Positions 1 through 11,852 of a stretch of DNA of 64,000 bases are shown here, piece by piece. The notes under the pieces were generated by a model, which saw nothing but the letters and a program-made list of their open reading frames with translations, made no database searches and was not told the DNA's origin. Within the stretch, counting starts at the first letter, position 1, and each line of letters opens with the position of its first letter. Position numbers and translations under genes: made by a program. Source of the DNA: Dendrobates tinctorius (taxonomy: Eukaryota); assembly GCF_039654945.1 (NCBI RefSeq), contig NW_027361856.1, positions 3,162,001-3,226,000 on the forward strand, in the 5' to 3' direction.

Positions 1-835
1 CACAATCCAAAAGTGTCCAGTGTCCACTAGTGTCTGCAGAAATTCAAAATCTCCCTTATCCTGTAGTCACTTTTTTCACAACTGTGCCATCGAGCCTGTG
101 ACATAGCGCTCTGATATTCAGTGGGCCTCACACAATCCAAAAGTGTCCAGTGTCCACTAGTGTCTGCAGAAATTCAAAATCTCCCTTATCCTGTAGTCAC
201 TTTTTTCACACCTGTGCCATCGAGCCTGTGACATAGCGCTCTGATATTCAGTGGGCCTCACACAATCCAAAAGTGTCCAGTGTCCACTAGTGTCTGCAGA
301 AATTCAAAATCTCCCTTATCCTGTAGTCACTTTTTTCACACCTGTGCCATCGAGCCTGTGACATAGCGCTCTGATATTCAGTGGGCCTCACACAATCCAA
401 AAGTGTCCAGTGTCCACTAGTGTCTGCAGAAATTCAAAATCTCCCTTATCCTGTAGTCACTTTTTTCACACCTGTGCCATCGAGCCTGTGACATAGCGCT
501 CTGATATTCAGTGGGCCTCACACAATCCAAAAGTGTCCAGTGTCCACTAGTGTCTGCAGAAATTCAAAATCTCCCTTATCCTGTAGTCACTTTTTTCACA
601 CCTGTGCCATCGAGCCTGTGACATAGCGCTCTGATATTCAGTGGGCCTCACACAATCCAAAAGTGTCCAGTGTCCACTAGTGTCTGCAGAAATTCAAAAT
701 CTCCCTTATCCTGTAGTCACTTTTTTCACACCTGTGCCATCGAGCCTGTGACATAGCGCTCTGATATTCAGTGGGCCTCACACAATCCATAAGTGTCCAG
801 TGTCCACAAGTGTGTGCAGAAATTCAAAATCTCCC
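1..835. repeat. Tandem array, 130-bp unit, at least 6.4 copies (runs off window start), upstream of the hAT ORF
   Basis: cacaatccaaaagtgtccag recurs at 1, 131, 261, 391, 521, 651 and 781 (one mismatch); copies are near-identical. Confidence 0.97.
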
Positions 836-911
836 CTGTCCTATAGACACCTTGTACCTTGTTTTACATTACTATATAGTTTGTTGGATTTTGCCTACAT
901 TTCTACAAAAA

Positions 912-3155
912 ATGAGGAAGGCTGGTGGAAGAGGCCATGGAATTGGGCGGGGGTTGGCAGCTGGTAATGATGGTGTTGGTGGTGGATCTGATGGTAGTGG
1001 CAAGAGCAAAATAGGACCGAATGCAGGAGGTGTTGAGCCTGCGTCATCGTCTGGCTCCATAAGGCCTCGAAGGCTTAGTTTTCAAGGAGTTGGCAAACCG
1101 CTTTTAAAGCCAGAGCATCAGGAAAAAGTTTTGTCTTACATTGCTGACTCAGCCTCCAGCTCTATCGCCTCCTCTTCTGAAGTTGTAAAAAGTAAAAGCA
1201 CTGAGTCGTCATTGGAGGCTCATGTTCATGAACCACACCTTTCCTTGTGTCCTTCACCCCAACCAAGATTGAAGGATGACGCAGGCCATACTACTGATTA
1301 CTCCATGGAGCTGTTTTCACATACCATGCCTGGATTATCAAGTGAAATGGTGAATTACCCAGGCCAAGATGAATCTGACATTGAGTGCACTGATGCACAG
1401 CCGCTGATGGATGATTCTGCTGGTACATTCACTCAGAGCACTACATTGTCCTCGCAGTGTACAGAGCCAGATTCTGACCCTGATGAGACTCAGGTGCCCC
1501 TTCCCGCACACTATACCACCATACACGGTGACACAGAGGAAGGTGCACATGACATTGAAGAGGAGGTGATGGATGACCCAGTTGTTGACCCAGATTGGCA
1601 TCCATTGGGGGAAGAGGGTGCTGCTTCCAATAGCTCAGATGAGGAGGAGCATCCACAGCAGACATCGACATCGCAACAGCTGTTATCTGGCAGGCCCGGA
1701 GCACTCCAAAGACAGGTTCCAAAAATCAAAAGAGTTGCTGGACAGCTTGTCCAGACGGTCAAAAGATCACAGCGTGCTAAGCCGCAAAATGTCTGCCAAA
1801 GTAGGAAGAGTGCAGTGTGGCACTTTTTTGAACAAAATCCTCATGATCAGGCCAAGGTTATCTGTAAGAAGTGCGCAAAGACCTTTAGCCGAGGGAAAAA
1901 TCTGAAAAATTTGAATACCAGTTGCATGCTTAGACATTTAACCAGCATGCACTTGCAAGCGTGGACACAACACCAAACCACATGTGCAACTGATCACAAA
2001 GAAGGTAGTCAGCAACGCTACATTGTTTCCCCCACTGTAAGCCCACCGGTTAGCACAGCAGCAAATGTTGAGGTGTCGTTGCAAGGCCACAGCAGTCAGG
2101 GAATCCCACTGTTATATCAACGAAATACTGAATCTAGGCCATCAGAAAGAACACCAACTCCATCACCATCATCAACCCTCTCTCAGTCCGCCCTGTCCAC
2201 CGCTACTTCCACCATATGCTGCTCTCAAGTCCAGCTCACCCTCCCAGACACTATGAGTAGGTCAAGAAAGTACTCAGTCTCTCATCCGCGTACACTGGGT
2301 TTGAACGCCCACATTGCCAAACTAATCTCGTTTGAGATGATGCCCTATCGGTTGGTGGAAAGCGCAGCTTTCTGCGAACTCATGGCCTATGCAGTACCAC
2401 GCTATGACCTACCCAGTCGCCACTTCTTCTCTCGCAAAGCCATCCCAGCCCTCCACCATCATGTAAAAGACCGCATTGTCCATGCACTCAAGCAGTCAGT
2501 GAGTGGAAAGGTGCACCTCACAACTGATTCATGGTCCAGTCGGCATGGCCAGGGCCGTTACGTGTCCATCACTGCGCACTGGGTTAATGTGGTGGATGCA
2601 GGGTCCACAGGGGACAGCGGTGGTGGGACAGTGCTGCCTAGCCCACGGTATAGCCCAGCACACAGCAGCGGTGATGGTTCTCACACGAGCCGTACGGGCC
2701 GGGGTCAGCTTGGCAGAGGTGTTCGTGGTGCACACAGCAGAAGTGGCGTTGGAGACAGGGGTTTCATTACAATGTTGTGGACTGATTTTTCAAGTACCGC
2801 TCACACAACTGGTAATACTGCATCGATGGAAAGTGACAGGAGACAGCAGTTGTCAACTATGGTTACAAACTACTTTTCCTCCCATATCGATGTTCTCCCA
2901 CACAGGTCATTCCCCTTTGACTATTGGGCCGCTAAACTGGATACCTGGCCTGAATTGGCACAATATGCCTTACAGGAGCTCGCTTGCCCAGCTGCAAGTG
3001 TGCTATCGGAAAGAGTCTTCAGTGCAGCTGGATCAATCCTGACAGAAAAAAGGACCCGTCTGTCAACCCAAAATGTGGATGATCTAACCTTCATTAAAAT
3101 GAACCACGCATGGGTTTCCAAGGATTTTGTCCCACCTTCCCCTGATGACACATAG
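912..3155 (+). CDS. hAT transposase (BED finger + C-terminal dimerisation domain) with an in-frame internal deletion, 747 aa
   Basis: BED: SAVWHFF..KVICKKC..TSCMLRHLTSMH; first catalytic Asp in VHLTTDSWSS..YVSITAHWV; C-terminus PFDYWAAKLDTWPELAQYA..CPAASVLSERVFSAAG; first ATG at 912 (track start 771 is a GTG inside the repeat). Confidence 0.88.
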   Translation: MRKAGGRGHGIGRGLAAGNDGVGGGSDGSGKSKIGPNAGGVEPASSSGSIRPRRLSFQGVGKPLLKPEHQEKVLSYIADSASSSIASSSEVVKSKSTESSLEAHVHEPHLSLCPSPQPRLKDDAGHTTDYSMELFSHTMPGLSSEMVNYPGQDESDIECTDAQPLMDDSAGTFTQSTTLSSQCTEPDSDPDETQVPLPAHYTTIHGDTEEGAHDIEEEVMDDPVVDPDWHPLGEEGAASNSSDEEEHPQQTSTSQQLLSGRPGALQRQVPKIKRVAGQLVQTVKRSQRAKPQNVCQSRKSAVWHFFEQNPHDQAKVICKKCAKTFSRGKNLKNLNTSCMLRHLTSMHLQAWTQHQTTCATDHKEGSQQRYIVSPTVSPPVSTAANVEVSLQGHSSQGIPLLYQRNTESRPSERTPTPSPSSTLSQSALSTATSTICCSQVQLTLPDTMSRSRKYSVSHPRTLGLNAHIAKLISFEMMPYRLVESAAFCELMAYAVPRYDLPSRHFFSRKAIPALHHHVKDRIVHALKQSVSGKVHLTTDSWSSRHGQGRYVSITAHWVNVVDAGSTGDSGGGTVLPSPRYSPAHSSGDGSHTSRTGRGQLGRGVRGAHSRSGVGDRGFITMLWTDFSSTAHTTGNTASMESDRRQQLSTMVTNYFSSHIDVLPHRSFPFDYWAAKLDTWPELAQYALQELACPAASVLSERVFSAAGSILTEKRTRLSTQNVDDLTFIKMNHAWVSKDFVPPSPDDT

Positions 3156-3402
3156 GGTGACAGAAAAATGGCTTGCTTTGGTCCACCTCTTCCTGGGACT
3201 TGACCTATTTCACCTTTTGCATCAGCTGAATGTCCAACATCAACATATGCCACTTTCTAAAACTCCCTAACTGTGCTGCCTCCCCCCCCATGGCCGGGGT
3301 CACCACCTAGCGCACGACACCGTGCGAGTGCCGTTGCCCTGGACAGGTGGGTAGGCCGACTCTTGGGCGCGGGCACTGGCACAGGGTCCCTCATAGTGCA
3401 AT

Positions 3403-3608
3403 TATTATTATTATTATTATTATTTATTGTTATAGCGCCATTTATTCCATGGCGCTTTACATGTGAGGGGGGTATACATAAAAACAAGTACAATAATCTT
3501 AAACAATACAAGTCATAACTGGTACAGGAGGAGAGAGGACCCTGCCCGCGAGGGCTCACAATCTTCAAGGGATGGGTGATAATACAGTAGGCGAGGGTAG
3601 AGCTGGTC
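3403..3608 (-). mobile_element. Short 3' fragment of an L2-like LINE/SINE
   Basis: (ATT)n tail followed by TATAGCGCC..GGCGCT stem; flanked by GTGCAAT direct repeats at 3396-3402 and 3609-3615. Confidence 0.7.
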
Positions 3609-3788
3609 GTGCAATCAAGTGTCTCTGACGGTGGTGGTGCACACCCGCCGTCAGACACACCGCCGTACTATGAGGGGCCCAGTGCCAGTACCGACGCCCA
3701 CGAGTGGGCCCCCCTTGCTTGGGCAGGGCCCCAGCATTTGCAATCTTTACCTCTCCTTGCTCCTCCGCTGTGTAGTCTGGGCCGTCAA

Positions 3789-4840
3789 ATCCATACTGTG
3801 CCTGACACCGTTTGAGCCTGCCTCCTGATGTATAGACATATATTTTGAATGTGTACGCTATCCATACATGTTATCTGGGGATACGGTACCCTTTCTCACC
3901 TTTGTGCAATCACGTGCAATCCATACTGGGCCTAACACCGTCTGAGCCTGCCTCCTGATGTATAGACATATATTTTGAATGTGTACACTATCCATACATG
4001 TTATCTGGGGATACGGTACCCTTTCTCACCTTTGTGCAATCACGTGCAATCCATACTGGGCCTAACACCGTCTGAGCCTGCCTCCTGATGTATAGACATA
4101 TATTTTGAATGTGTACGCTATCCATACATGTTATCTGGGAATACGGTACCCTTTCTAACCTTTGTGCAATCACGTGCAATCCATACTGGGCCTAACACCG
4201 TCTGAGCCTGCCTCCTGATGTATAGACATATATTTTGAATGTGTACGCTATCCATACATGTTATCTGGGGATACGGTACCCTTTCTAACCTTTGTGCAAT
4301 CACGTGCAATCCATACTGGGCCTAACACCGTCTGAGCCTGCCTCCTGATGTATAGACATATATTTTGAATGTGTACGCTATCCATACATGTTATCTGGGG
4401 ATACGTACCCTTTCTAACCTTTGTGCAATCACGTGCAATCCATACTGGGCCTAACACCGTCTGAGCCTGCCTCCTGATGTATAGACATATATTTTGAATG
4501 TGTACGCTATCCATACATGTTATCTGGGGATACGGTACCCTTTCTAACCTTTGTGCAGTCACGTGCAATCCATACTGGGCCTAACACCATCTGAGCCTGC
4601 CTCCTGATGTATAGACATATATTTTGAATGTGTACGCTATCCATACATGTTATCTGGGCATACGGTACCCTTTCTAACCTTTGTGCAATCACGTGCAATC
4701 CATACTGGGCCTAACACCGTCTGAGCCTGCCTCCTGATGTATAGACATATATTTTGAATGTGTACGCTATCCATACATGTTATCTGGGGATACGGTACCC
4801 TTTCTCACCTTTGTGCAATCACGTGTAATCCATACTGGGC
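3789..4840. repeat. Tandem array, 130-bp unit, about 8 copies, downstream of the hAT ORF
   Basis: ccatactgggcctaacaccgtctgagcctg recurs every 129-130 bp; sequence unrelated to the upstream array. Confidence 0.97.
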
Positions 4841-4944
4841 GTGAGAATGGCTGGCGAGCTGTTAAGCAAGTTACAGCACCTGTGGTTTGCACACGTAAGT
4901 TTTTCATTTTTTCAGGAATGACGGTTAGGCCTAATTCCAGAACT

Positions 4945-5425
4945 GCGGTTGACCTGCACTTACTGGGAAATCATTGTTCGCGGGTAATAATTGTAATCAG
5001 TGATCCCCATCACTAACGTTGTTCAGCGGGTTATCTGCACCTGTAAGCGACAAACGCTGGCCTTTTCAGTGTAGCGCACATGCAGCCACGGACATGTAAG
5101 GGCATGACACACCAGTTATTGGCCAATCTCATGTGCCAGAGCCTCACGTGTCCCTCTAGTAAGCCGGACTCGGACCGCGGGGCATGACGGAGTCTCGTTC
5201 GTTAACGGAATTAAGCTTGCAATGTGTGCATCTGTTCTGTAGCTGGCATGGTTGAGGTTTCCCAGGTGGAGTCGAATTTAACCGTAGGCTCCACTCCTGG
5301 TGGTGCCATTCTGGACATTCCTTTAAGGTTCAGCTTTGCAACCATACTGCCCACGTAAAACAAACACTTTGCCATCATGAACGCTGTTTGGAGGGTCATG
5401 ACTCGTGGGAATAACGCCGCCCAAT
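4945..5425 (-). pseudogene. Degenerate 18S rRNA fragment (3' half) inside the hAT element
   Basis: Collinear matches to reverse-complement vertebrate 18S: GCACTTACTGGGAA, GATCCCCATCAC, CAGTGTAGCGC, AGTCTCGTTCGTT, GGCTCCACTCCTGGTGGTGCC, CAGCTTTGCAACCATACT, GGGAATAACGCCGCC; many substitutions and deletions. Confidence 0.88.
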
Positions 5426-5530
5426 CAGTTAACCTGCTAGAGAGATCGTTCTTTGCTCCCAAGCATGACATCACACTCCCTAGGAAGAAGGTAATGCCAC
5501 TGTGGCGACCGTACTCCTGGGGGCGACACA

Positions 5531-5820
5531 AGTGCACTGATGCCCAGCCACTGCTCGATGAATCTGCTGGTACATTGACCCAGACCACTACATTCCCCTC
5601 GCACGCTACCCGGCCTGAATCTGACCCTGATGAAACTCAGGTTACCCTTCCCATATACAGTTCCATCTTACACGGTGACAAAGAGGAAGCTGCAAATGAA
5701 AGTGCAGGTTCGGCCCACCCGCCATCAGACACACCACCGTACTATCAGGGGCCCTGTGCCAGTGCCGTCACCAACGAGTGGGCCCCCCCTGCTTGCTCAG
5801 GATCACAGCACTTGCAAAGT
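5531..5820 (+). repeat. Internal duplication of hAT sequence (transposase 1384-1552 fused to 3' region 3620-3745)
   Basis: CTDAQPLLDESAGTLTQTTT..PESDPDETQV parallels CTDAQPLMDDSAGTFTQSTT..PDSDPDETQV; HPPSDTPPYY segment present in both places. Confidence 0.85.
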
Positions 5821-6674
5821 TGAAATACTGTGTACTGTGCAGTGAGATGGAAGATGGGGACGACGAGGAGTCCAGACAAGTACAGGGATTCCCTAGCGAG
5901 GAGACTTATTTGATTGTTTTCAATGTTGGGACAGCAATTTTTGGGGAGCATTATACTCTGGAGAATGATAGATGGGGCCCACCATACACTGGAACATTCC
6001 AAAGGTGGACATCATACACTGGAGCAGCATTTACAGGGCCCATTATACACTAGAGCATTAGAAATGGGGCCCATTATGTTTGGAGCATTATTTGGGCCCA
6101 TAAGACAGTGGAGCTTCATCCATGGGGACCAACATATACTGTAGCATTAAGTGGAGCTCATCATATACTGTTTCAAACATTATATGGGACCAATGATTCT
6201 GTATGGAGAAATAGATGGGCCTCGTCATGAGATGTAAAAAGTGAAGTATTTTTCATTGTACTATACCGCTATTTCTCTGCCGTATCGGAGCATGATGAGT
6301 TGTGGTATGTGTTAAAGGGGCACTCTTTCGCCCAGGGCACATGAAAACCTGGAGCCAGCCCTCCCCCCCCACAACTGTAGCCAAATAACCCCCATTTTTC
6401 AGTGCGTAACTTGTATTATGAAGTTAATTAAGGTTGACAAGCTTAAGTAAGAAGAATTGATGCTTTTGGCATTCAAATGGGCACTGTTGGTGTGTTTCCT
6501 GTCCTCCTCTCACTGCCGACTTTTATTCCCCATTGACTTACATTGGGTTTCGTGTTTCGGGACGACCCCGACTTTTCCCTATAATCGGACGATCTTGCGC
6601 GACCCGACTTTTGGAAAAGTCGGGTTTCACGAAACGAAACGCGACCCTAAAAAACCAAAAGTCGCTCAACTCTA

Positions 6675-9600
6675 CTGACCTCAACCTATCTGCAGAACGC
6701 GAGCTCGACCTCATGGTAAAATGGTTGGGTCCTGACTCCACAAATCATATCAAGAGTCTTCGGACCGTCTACGTGGGGCCAGCTGAAGCAGGTCTCGCTG
6801 CTGCCTGGCTGAGACTCGAAAAAACCTATGGCAGTGCTGAAGCCATAGAAAAGTCCCTATTCAAGAGACTGCAGAAGGTTCCAAGGATCAACCTTAAGAA
6901 TGCCCACCAGCTTCCGGACTTAAGTGATCTGCTTATGGAGCTGGAACTTGCAAAAAAAGACCCTTGTCTGTCTGGATTATGCTACCTGGACACCGCCCAT
7001 TGGGTGAACCCAATCGTCTCAAAGCTGCCGCATAGTCTGCAAGAGAAGTGGGCAGTATGCGTTTCCAGGTACAAAAAGTCACATGATGTCACCTTTCCTC
7101 CGTTCAATCAGTTCTGCAAGTTTGTCGATGAACAGGCCCAAATGAGGAATGACCCTAGCCTAGACTTCCTGGAGTCTAACACTACAGGTCCAGCAACACC
7201 GTCATCAAGGTATGAAAGCATCTCACATAGACTTGAGGAGCAGTATAAGTGTCAGAAAGACTAACCTGCCACCACCTGCAATAACTGCCGATAAACAGTA
7301 CACTATTCCATCGAGAGATAAGTCTTTCAATCGTGAGTGTCCCATTCACAAAAAAACACACTCATTTAACAAATGTAGAGGCTTCAGGTCCAAAACCATG
7401 CAGGAGCGCAAGAAAATCCTCAGCGAACTTGGGGTATGTTTCAAGTGCTGTGCCTCATTAGAACACATGGCCAAGGACCGTAAATCTGCCATTAAGTGTG
7501 AAGAGTCTCATAGTGACAAACACCCTTCAGCTTTGCATCCAACCTCAGCCACCAGCGATCCAGCAGTTGCAGTTATCTCTAGTCCGGCTACATTCCATGG
7601 CGGGGGCCACAGAATAACGCCAATTCTACCACGGCTGTCTCCTGCTCATGCTCAGAAGTATGTGGGGAGAGCCAAAGTGATAAATGCTGTGCCAGGATAT
7701 GCCTAATCAGAGTTTATCCAGAAGGGCAACCAGAGAAGGCAGTAAAAATGTATGCCATCATTGACGATCAGAGCAATCGATCCCTAGCTGGACCTAAGTT
7801 CTTTGAAACCTTTGGAATCAAGGGACCAGCAACGCCATATACTCTGAACACTTGCTAAGGCCGCATAGAGACTAGCGGCAGAAGGGCATAAGGTTTCATT
7901 GCTTCTCCTGTCAACGGAGGCATAGAAATACCCCTACCTACGCTAATCGAATGCGATCAAATACCCAGCCAAAGGGATGAGATCCCTACCCCGGAAGCTG
8001 CGTTCCACCAACCACACCTAAGGCACCTAGTCAGCGTTATCCCACCTATGGACTCAGGTGCTGAAATCCTACTTCTGCTCGGCAGAGACAATTTAAGGAT
8101 GCATAAGATCTGCCAACAGTGCAATGGTCCTGACTACGCCCCCTACGCACAGAGACTCGACTTGGGGTGGGTAATCATAGGAAATGTGTGCTTGGACCGA
8201 ACAAGAGTCGATTCCTTTAAGACCTATGTACGCAGAGACGGACGAGCTACTCTCTGCAAACCATGACCTCATCACTACGAGGTGAAAGAGAAGCCTCCAG
8301 ATCCAGTACAGTTGCCTGATGTCATTCCTTCTCCCTATGCAGATGACTTGGGAAGATCGGTGTTTCATACAACTAAGGATGACAACAATGTAGCCCCGTC
8401 AATGGAAGACAAGGAATTTGTCAGGATAATGGACAATGAGTTCCTTAAGGACGAGACCAATCACTGGGTTTTTCCCCTACCCTTCCGAGCTACCAGGGTA
8501 AGACTCCCGAACAATCGTGACCAAGCCTTGTCCAGATTCAACTCTCTCCAGCGCACACTTAGCAACAAACCGGAGATGAAAGGACACCTTCAGTTTCCAA
8601 ATAAACTGTGCAGAAAAACCATTCACTAAACGTGGTGTCCTGTCAGTGGTGAATAGCTTATACGACCCGCTGGGGTTCGTAGCACCAGTTACCATACAAG
8701 GTAAATCCCTTCTGAGACAGCTTTCCGAAATCGTCAAGGACTGGGATGCCCCACTACCTCCTGATAAGGAACCAAAATGGGAAACCTGGAAGTAGTCTTT
8801 GTGTGCCTTGGATGAAATCCATATACCAAGATGCTACGCCAGAACCTCACTTGCTGCCAGCACTAGGACAGAACTCCATGTGTTCTCAGATGCATCCACG
8901 GAGGCCATTGCAGCAGTTGCCTACCTGAAGGTGACGGGACCCGACAATCAAGATCACGTTGGATTCGCCTTCGGCAAGGCTAAGTTGGCTCCCAAGTCCG
9001 ATCACACTATTCCCAGGCTTGAACTCTGTGCAACCGTGCTTGCAGTAGAACTCGCAGACTTTATACAGCACGAGCTGGACACCAACATAGATGACGTGCA
9101 ATACTACAGTGACAGTAAGGTTGTCTTAGGTTACATCTACAACCAAACAAGGCACTTCTACGTGTACGTCAGTAACCACATCGAGAGAATAAGGAGGTCT
9201 TCCAAGCCTGAACAATGGCACTGTATCCCATCTGAACTTAATCCAGCTGACCATGCCACTAGACCTATGTCTATAAGGTCCTTTGCTAACTCTTCTTGGC
9301 TTTCAGGTCCTAAGTTTCTGTTGGAACAGAAGGGAAGTGAACGTGTCCAGGAAGTCTACAGCATCCAGGATACGGATGGTGATCCAGAAGTCCGCTCCGA
9401 GGTCAGCGCTTTGGCGACGAACACTAAACCAACCTCCAGCCTCGGTTGCCAGCACTTCAAATACTTCTCCAATGGGATGAAACTTCTTAAGACTGTAGCA
9501 AGGTTAGTCCACATTGTGAGATCTTATCACAACTCACATGGAGACAAAGACTGTCACGGTTGGCACGTCTGCCACAAACCACTCTCTACCCAGGATGTTC

Positions 9601-10328
9601 CGGTAGGATGAACCATGAACAGAACACTGCCCTAGTGCTTCGTCTATTGGATTACCGTTGGGTCGGAGACAATTTGGCTTAGTGCGGCTTCTCCGATCCG
9701 AAGATGAGTACCATTGGATTGTCTCAGGAACTGACTGTCATCTACCTCGTTTTGAAGTTGTTATTATTGCATGCATATTTGTATTTCCTTTCTAGGTTAT
9801 TGAACTTTACTTAAACAAAAAACATTAATATAGTGAAATCCCTTACGGAATTTCAGACAGGGAGTGTGCTGTTCCATCTAAGGTTATGATTATATGCTTA
9901 TATAGTTGTGTTATGTTACCTTTCTTTGTGTTCAGTTTTGCATTTGGTCTGCTGCCACGTGCTGTCTTTTTTCTGTATAGCAGACTGCAGCTAATTATTT
10001 TTAGTACATGCCTTCACCTCCTGGTCAGTGACTCCTTCTCTTCCTGCCGGTGGCCATTACTAGTTTCATCTTCACCTGGGAAAGACAAGCTTACCAGGCT
10101 GTGAAAGGCATCAGTTTTTTGATCACTCACAATTTGCTGAATCATCGTGCTGCACACCTTGCTGCACACACATTGCTGTACCACCTCTGTCGTTACACAT
10201 ACATTTCTGGAGAAGTACTGCATTACCAATCATATGCTGTATGTCCAGATTTCCTATGAACAAGTCTGGACTTCACAATATCTGGTGTGTATCATCTCTC
10301 CGGACGCATGAACAGCAAAACAGCAACA
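6675..10328 (+). mobile_element. BEL/Pao LTR retrotransposon, degenerate (gag, protease, RNase H; RT and integrase deleted)
   Basis: Three Cys/His knuckles (CPIHKKTH, CFKCCASLEH, CEESHSDKH); YAIIDDQSNRS protease; TKRGVLSVVNSLYDPLG, ELHVFSDAS, TIPRLELCA, NPADHATR; several stops and frameshifts. Confidence 0.9.
9865..10328 (+). mobile_element. 3' LTR of the BEL/Pao element
   Basis: Purine tract AGACAGGGAG then TGTGCTG...CAGCAACA termini. Confidence 0.6.
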
Positions 10329-10519
10329 ATGGTCCTGTCTGCTCTGCATTGAGGAAACGGAATGTAGGAATCTCTCTCAGCCCCAATCAACTACACCTCC
10401 ATTCGCCTCATGTGGGGACAGAACACTGCATAGGAATACTTGCAGCTGCACACACCTGTCCGGAGTGCCGGCGGCAGTGCTAGGTATTGAGGTGAGAGAC
10501 TCGCGCAAGTTTCTCGCAT

Positions 10520-11639
10520 TCCAGTTGCAAGTTTGACGGCCTAAGTCTGAGGACCAGAGCACTCTGGAAGAGGTTTTCATCTAGGATATCTCTGTACTTA
10601 GCAGCATTCATGTTTCATTCAATTGCAACCAGTCATCCTGCCCCTGCAGCTGAAAAACACCGCAAAGCATGATGATGCCACCACCATGTTTCACTGTTGG
10701 GATTGTATTGGGCAGGTGATGAGCAGTGCCTGGTTTTCTCCACACATACCGCTTAGAATTATCACCGAAAAGTTCTATCTTTGTCTCATCAGACCAGAGA
10801 ATCTTATTTCTCATAGTCTGGGAGTCCTTCATGTGTTTCTTAGCAAACTCTATGCGGGCATTCATATGTCTGGCACTGAGGAGAGGCTTCCGTCAGGCCA
10901 CTCTGTAAATAAAGGCCAGACTGGTGGAGGGCAGCAGTGTTAGTTGACTTTGTGGAACTTTCTCCCATCTCCCGACTGCATCTGCGGAGCTCAGCCACAG
11001 TGATCTTGGGGTTCCTCTGTACCTCTCTCACCAAGGCTCTTCTCCAACGATTGCTCAGTTTGGTTGGACGACCAGGTCTAGGAAGACTTCTGGTGGTCCC
11101 AAACTTCTTCCATTTAAGGATTATGGAGGCCAATTTGCACTTAGAAACCTTGAGTACAGTAGAAATTATTTTGCAACCTTGGCCAGATCTGTACCTTGCC
11201 ACAATTCTGTCTCTGAGCTCCTTGGCCTGTTCCTTTGACCTCATGATTCTCATTTGGTCTGACATGCACTGTGAGCTGGGAGCTCTTATATAGACAGGTG
11301 TATGCCTTTACAAATCAAGTCCTATCAGTTTAATTACACACAGCTAGACTCCAATGAAGGAGTAGAACCATCTCAAGGAGGATCACAAGGAAATGCACAG
11401 CATGGGACTTACATATGAGAGTCTGAGCAAAGGGTCTGAATACTTATGATCATGTGATATTTCATTTTTTCTTTTTAAATTTGCAAAAATTTCTACATTT
11501 CTGTTTTTTTTTCAGTGAAGATGTGGTGCAGAGTGTACATTAATGAGAAAAAAATGAACTTTTTTGACTTTACCAAATGGCGGCAATGAAACAAAGAGTG
11601 AAAAATGTAAAGGGGTCTGAATACTTTCCATACCCACTG
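10520..11639 (-). mobile_element. Tc1/mariner (IR/DR type) transposon, 3'-truncated, frameshifted transposase
   Basis: TIR CAGTGGGTATGGAAAGTATTCAGACCCC next to TA; inner direct repeat near 11431; MRSKE..RDRIVARYRSGQG, WSDETKIELFG, KHGGG. Confidence 0.9.
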
Positions 11640-11852
11640 TATATATTGCATGCTTGTGGTCACAAGACCACCTGTTCCCGTCGCCGGCACCAGACCATCA
11701 TCACAGCACATGGTGCGCTTGATGTGAGGATTCACACATGATGAATGTAGACATGTAGCTTAAGATCCGACAACCCCTTTAAGGATGGGCAACTACTCGT
11801 AGGCCACTGCTGTGTGCTTGCCCCCCAGGCTAAAATTTGCCAGCCAGCCCCT

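Larger units (their letters stand above)
1..6674 (+). mobile_element. hAT DNA transposon (left end outside window) inserted in a BEL/Pao gag
   Basis: hAT transposase ORF; subterminal CCCGAC/GTCGGG motifs at 6550-6660; terminus ...GTCGCTCAACTCTA (TAGAGTTGAGCGAC-type terminal inverted repeat, TIR) at 6674; BEL gag sequence follows directly. Confidence 0.85.

Noticed and set aside
771-911. N-terminal extension of the transposase in the ORF track
   Set aside because: Starts at a GTG inside the tandem repeat; the first ATG is at 912.
4945-5425. Functional 18S rRNA gene
   Set aside because: Partial, heavily mutated, and lacks ITS/5.8S/28S context.
6533-7264. 243-aa ORF as an independent gene
   Set aside because: Chance fusion of the hAT terminus with the interrupted BEL gag.
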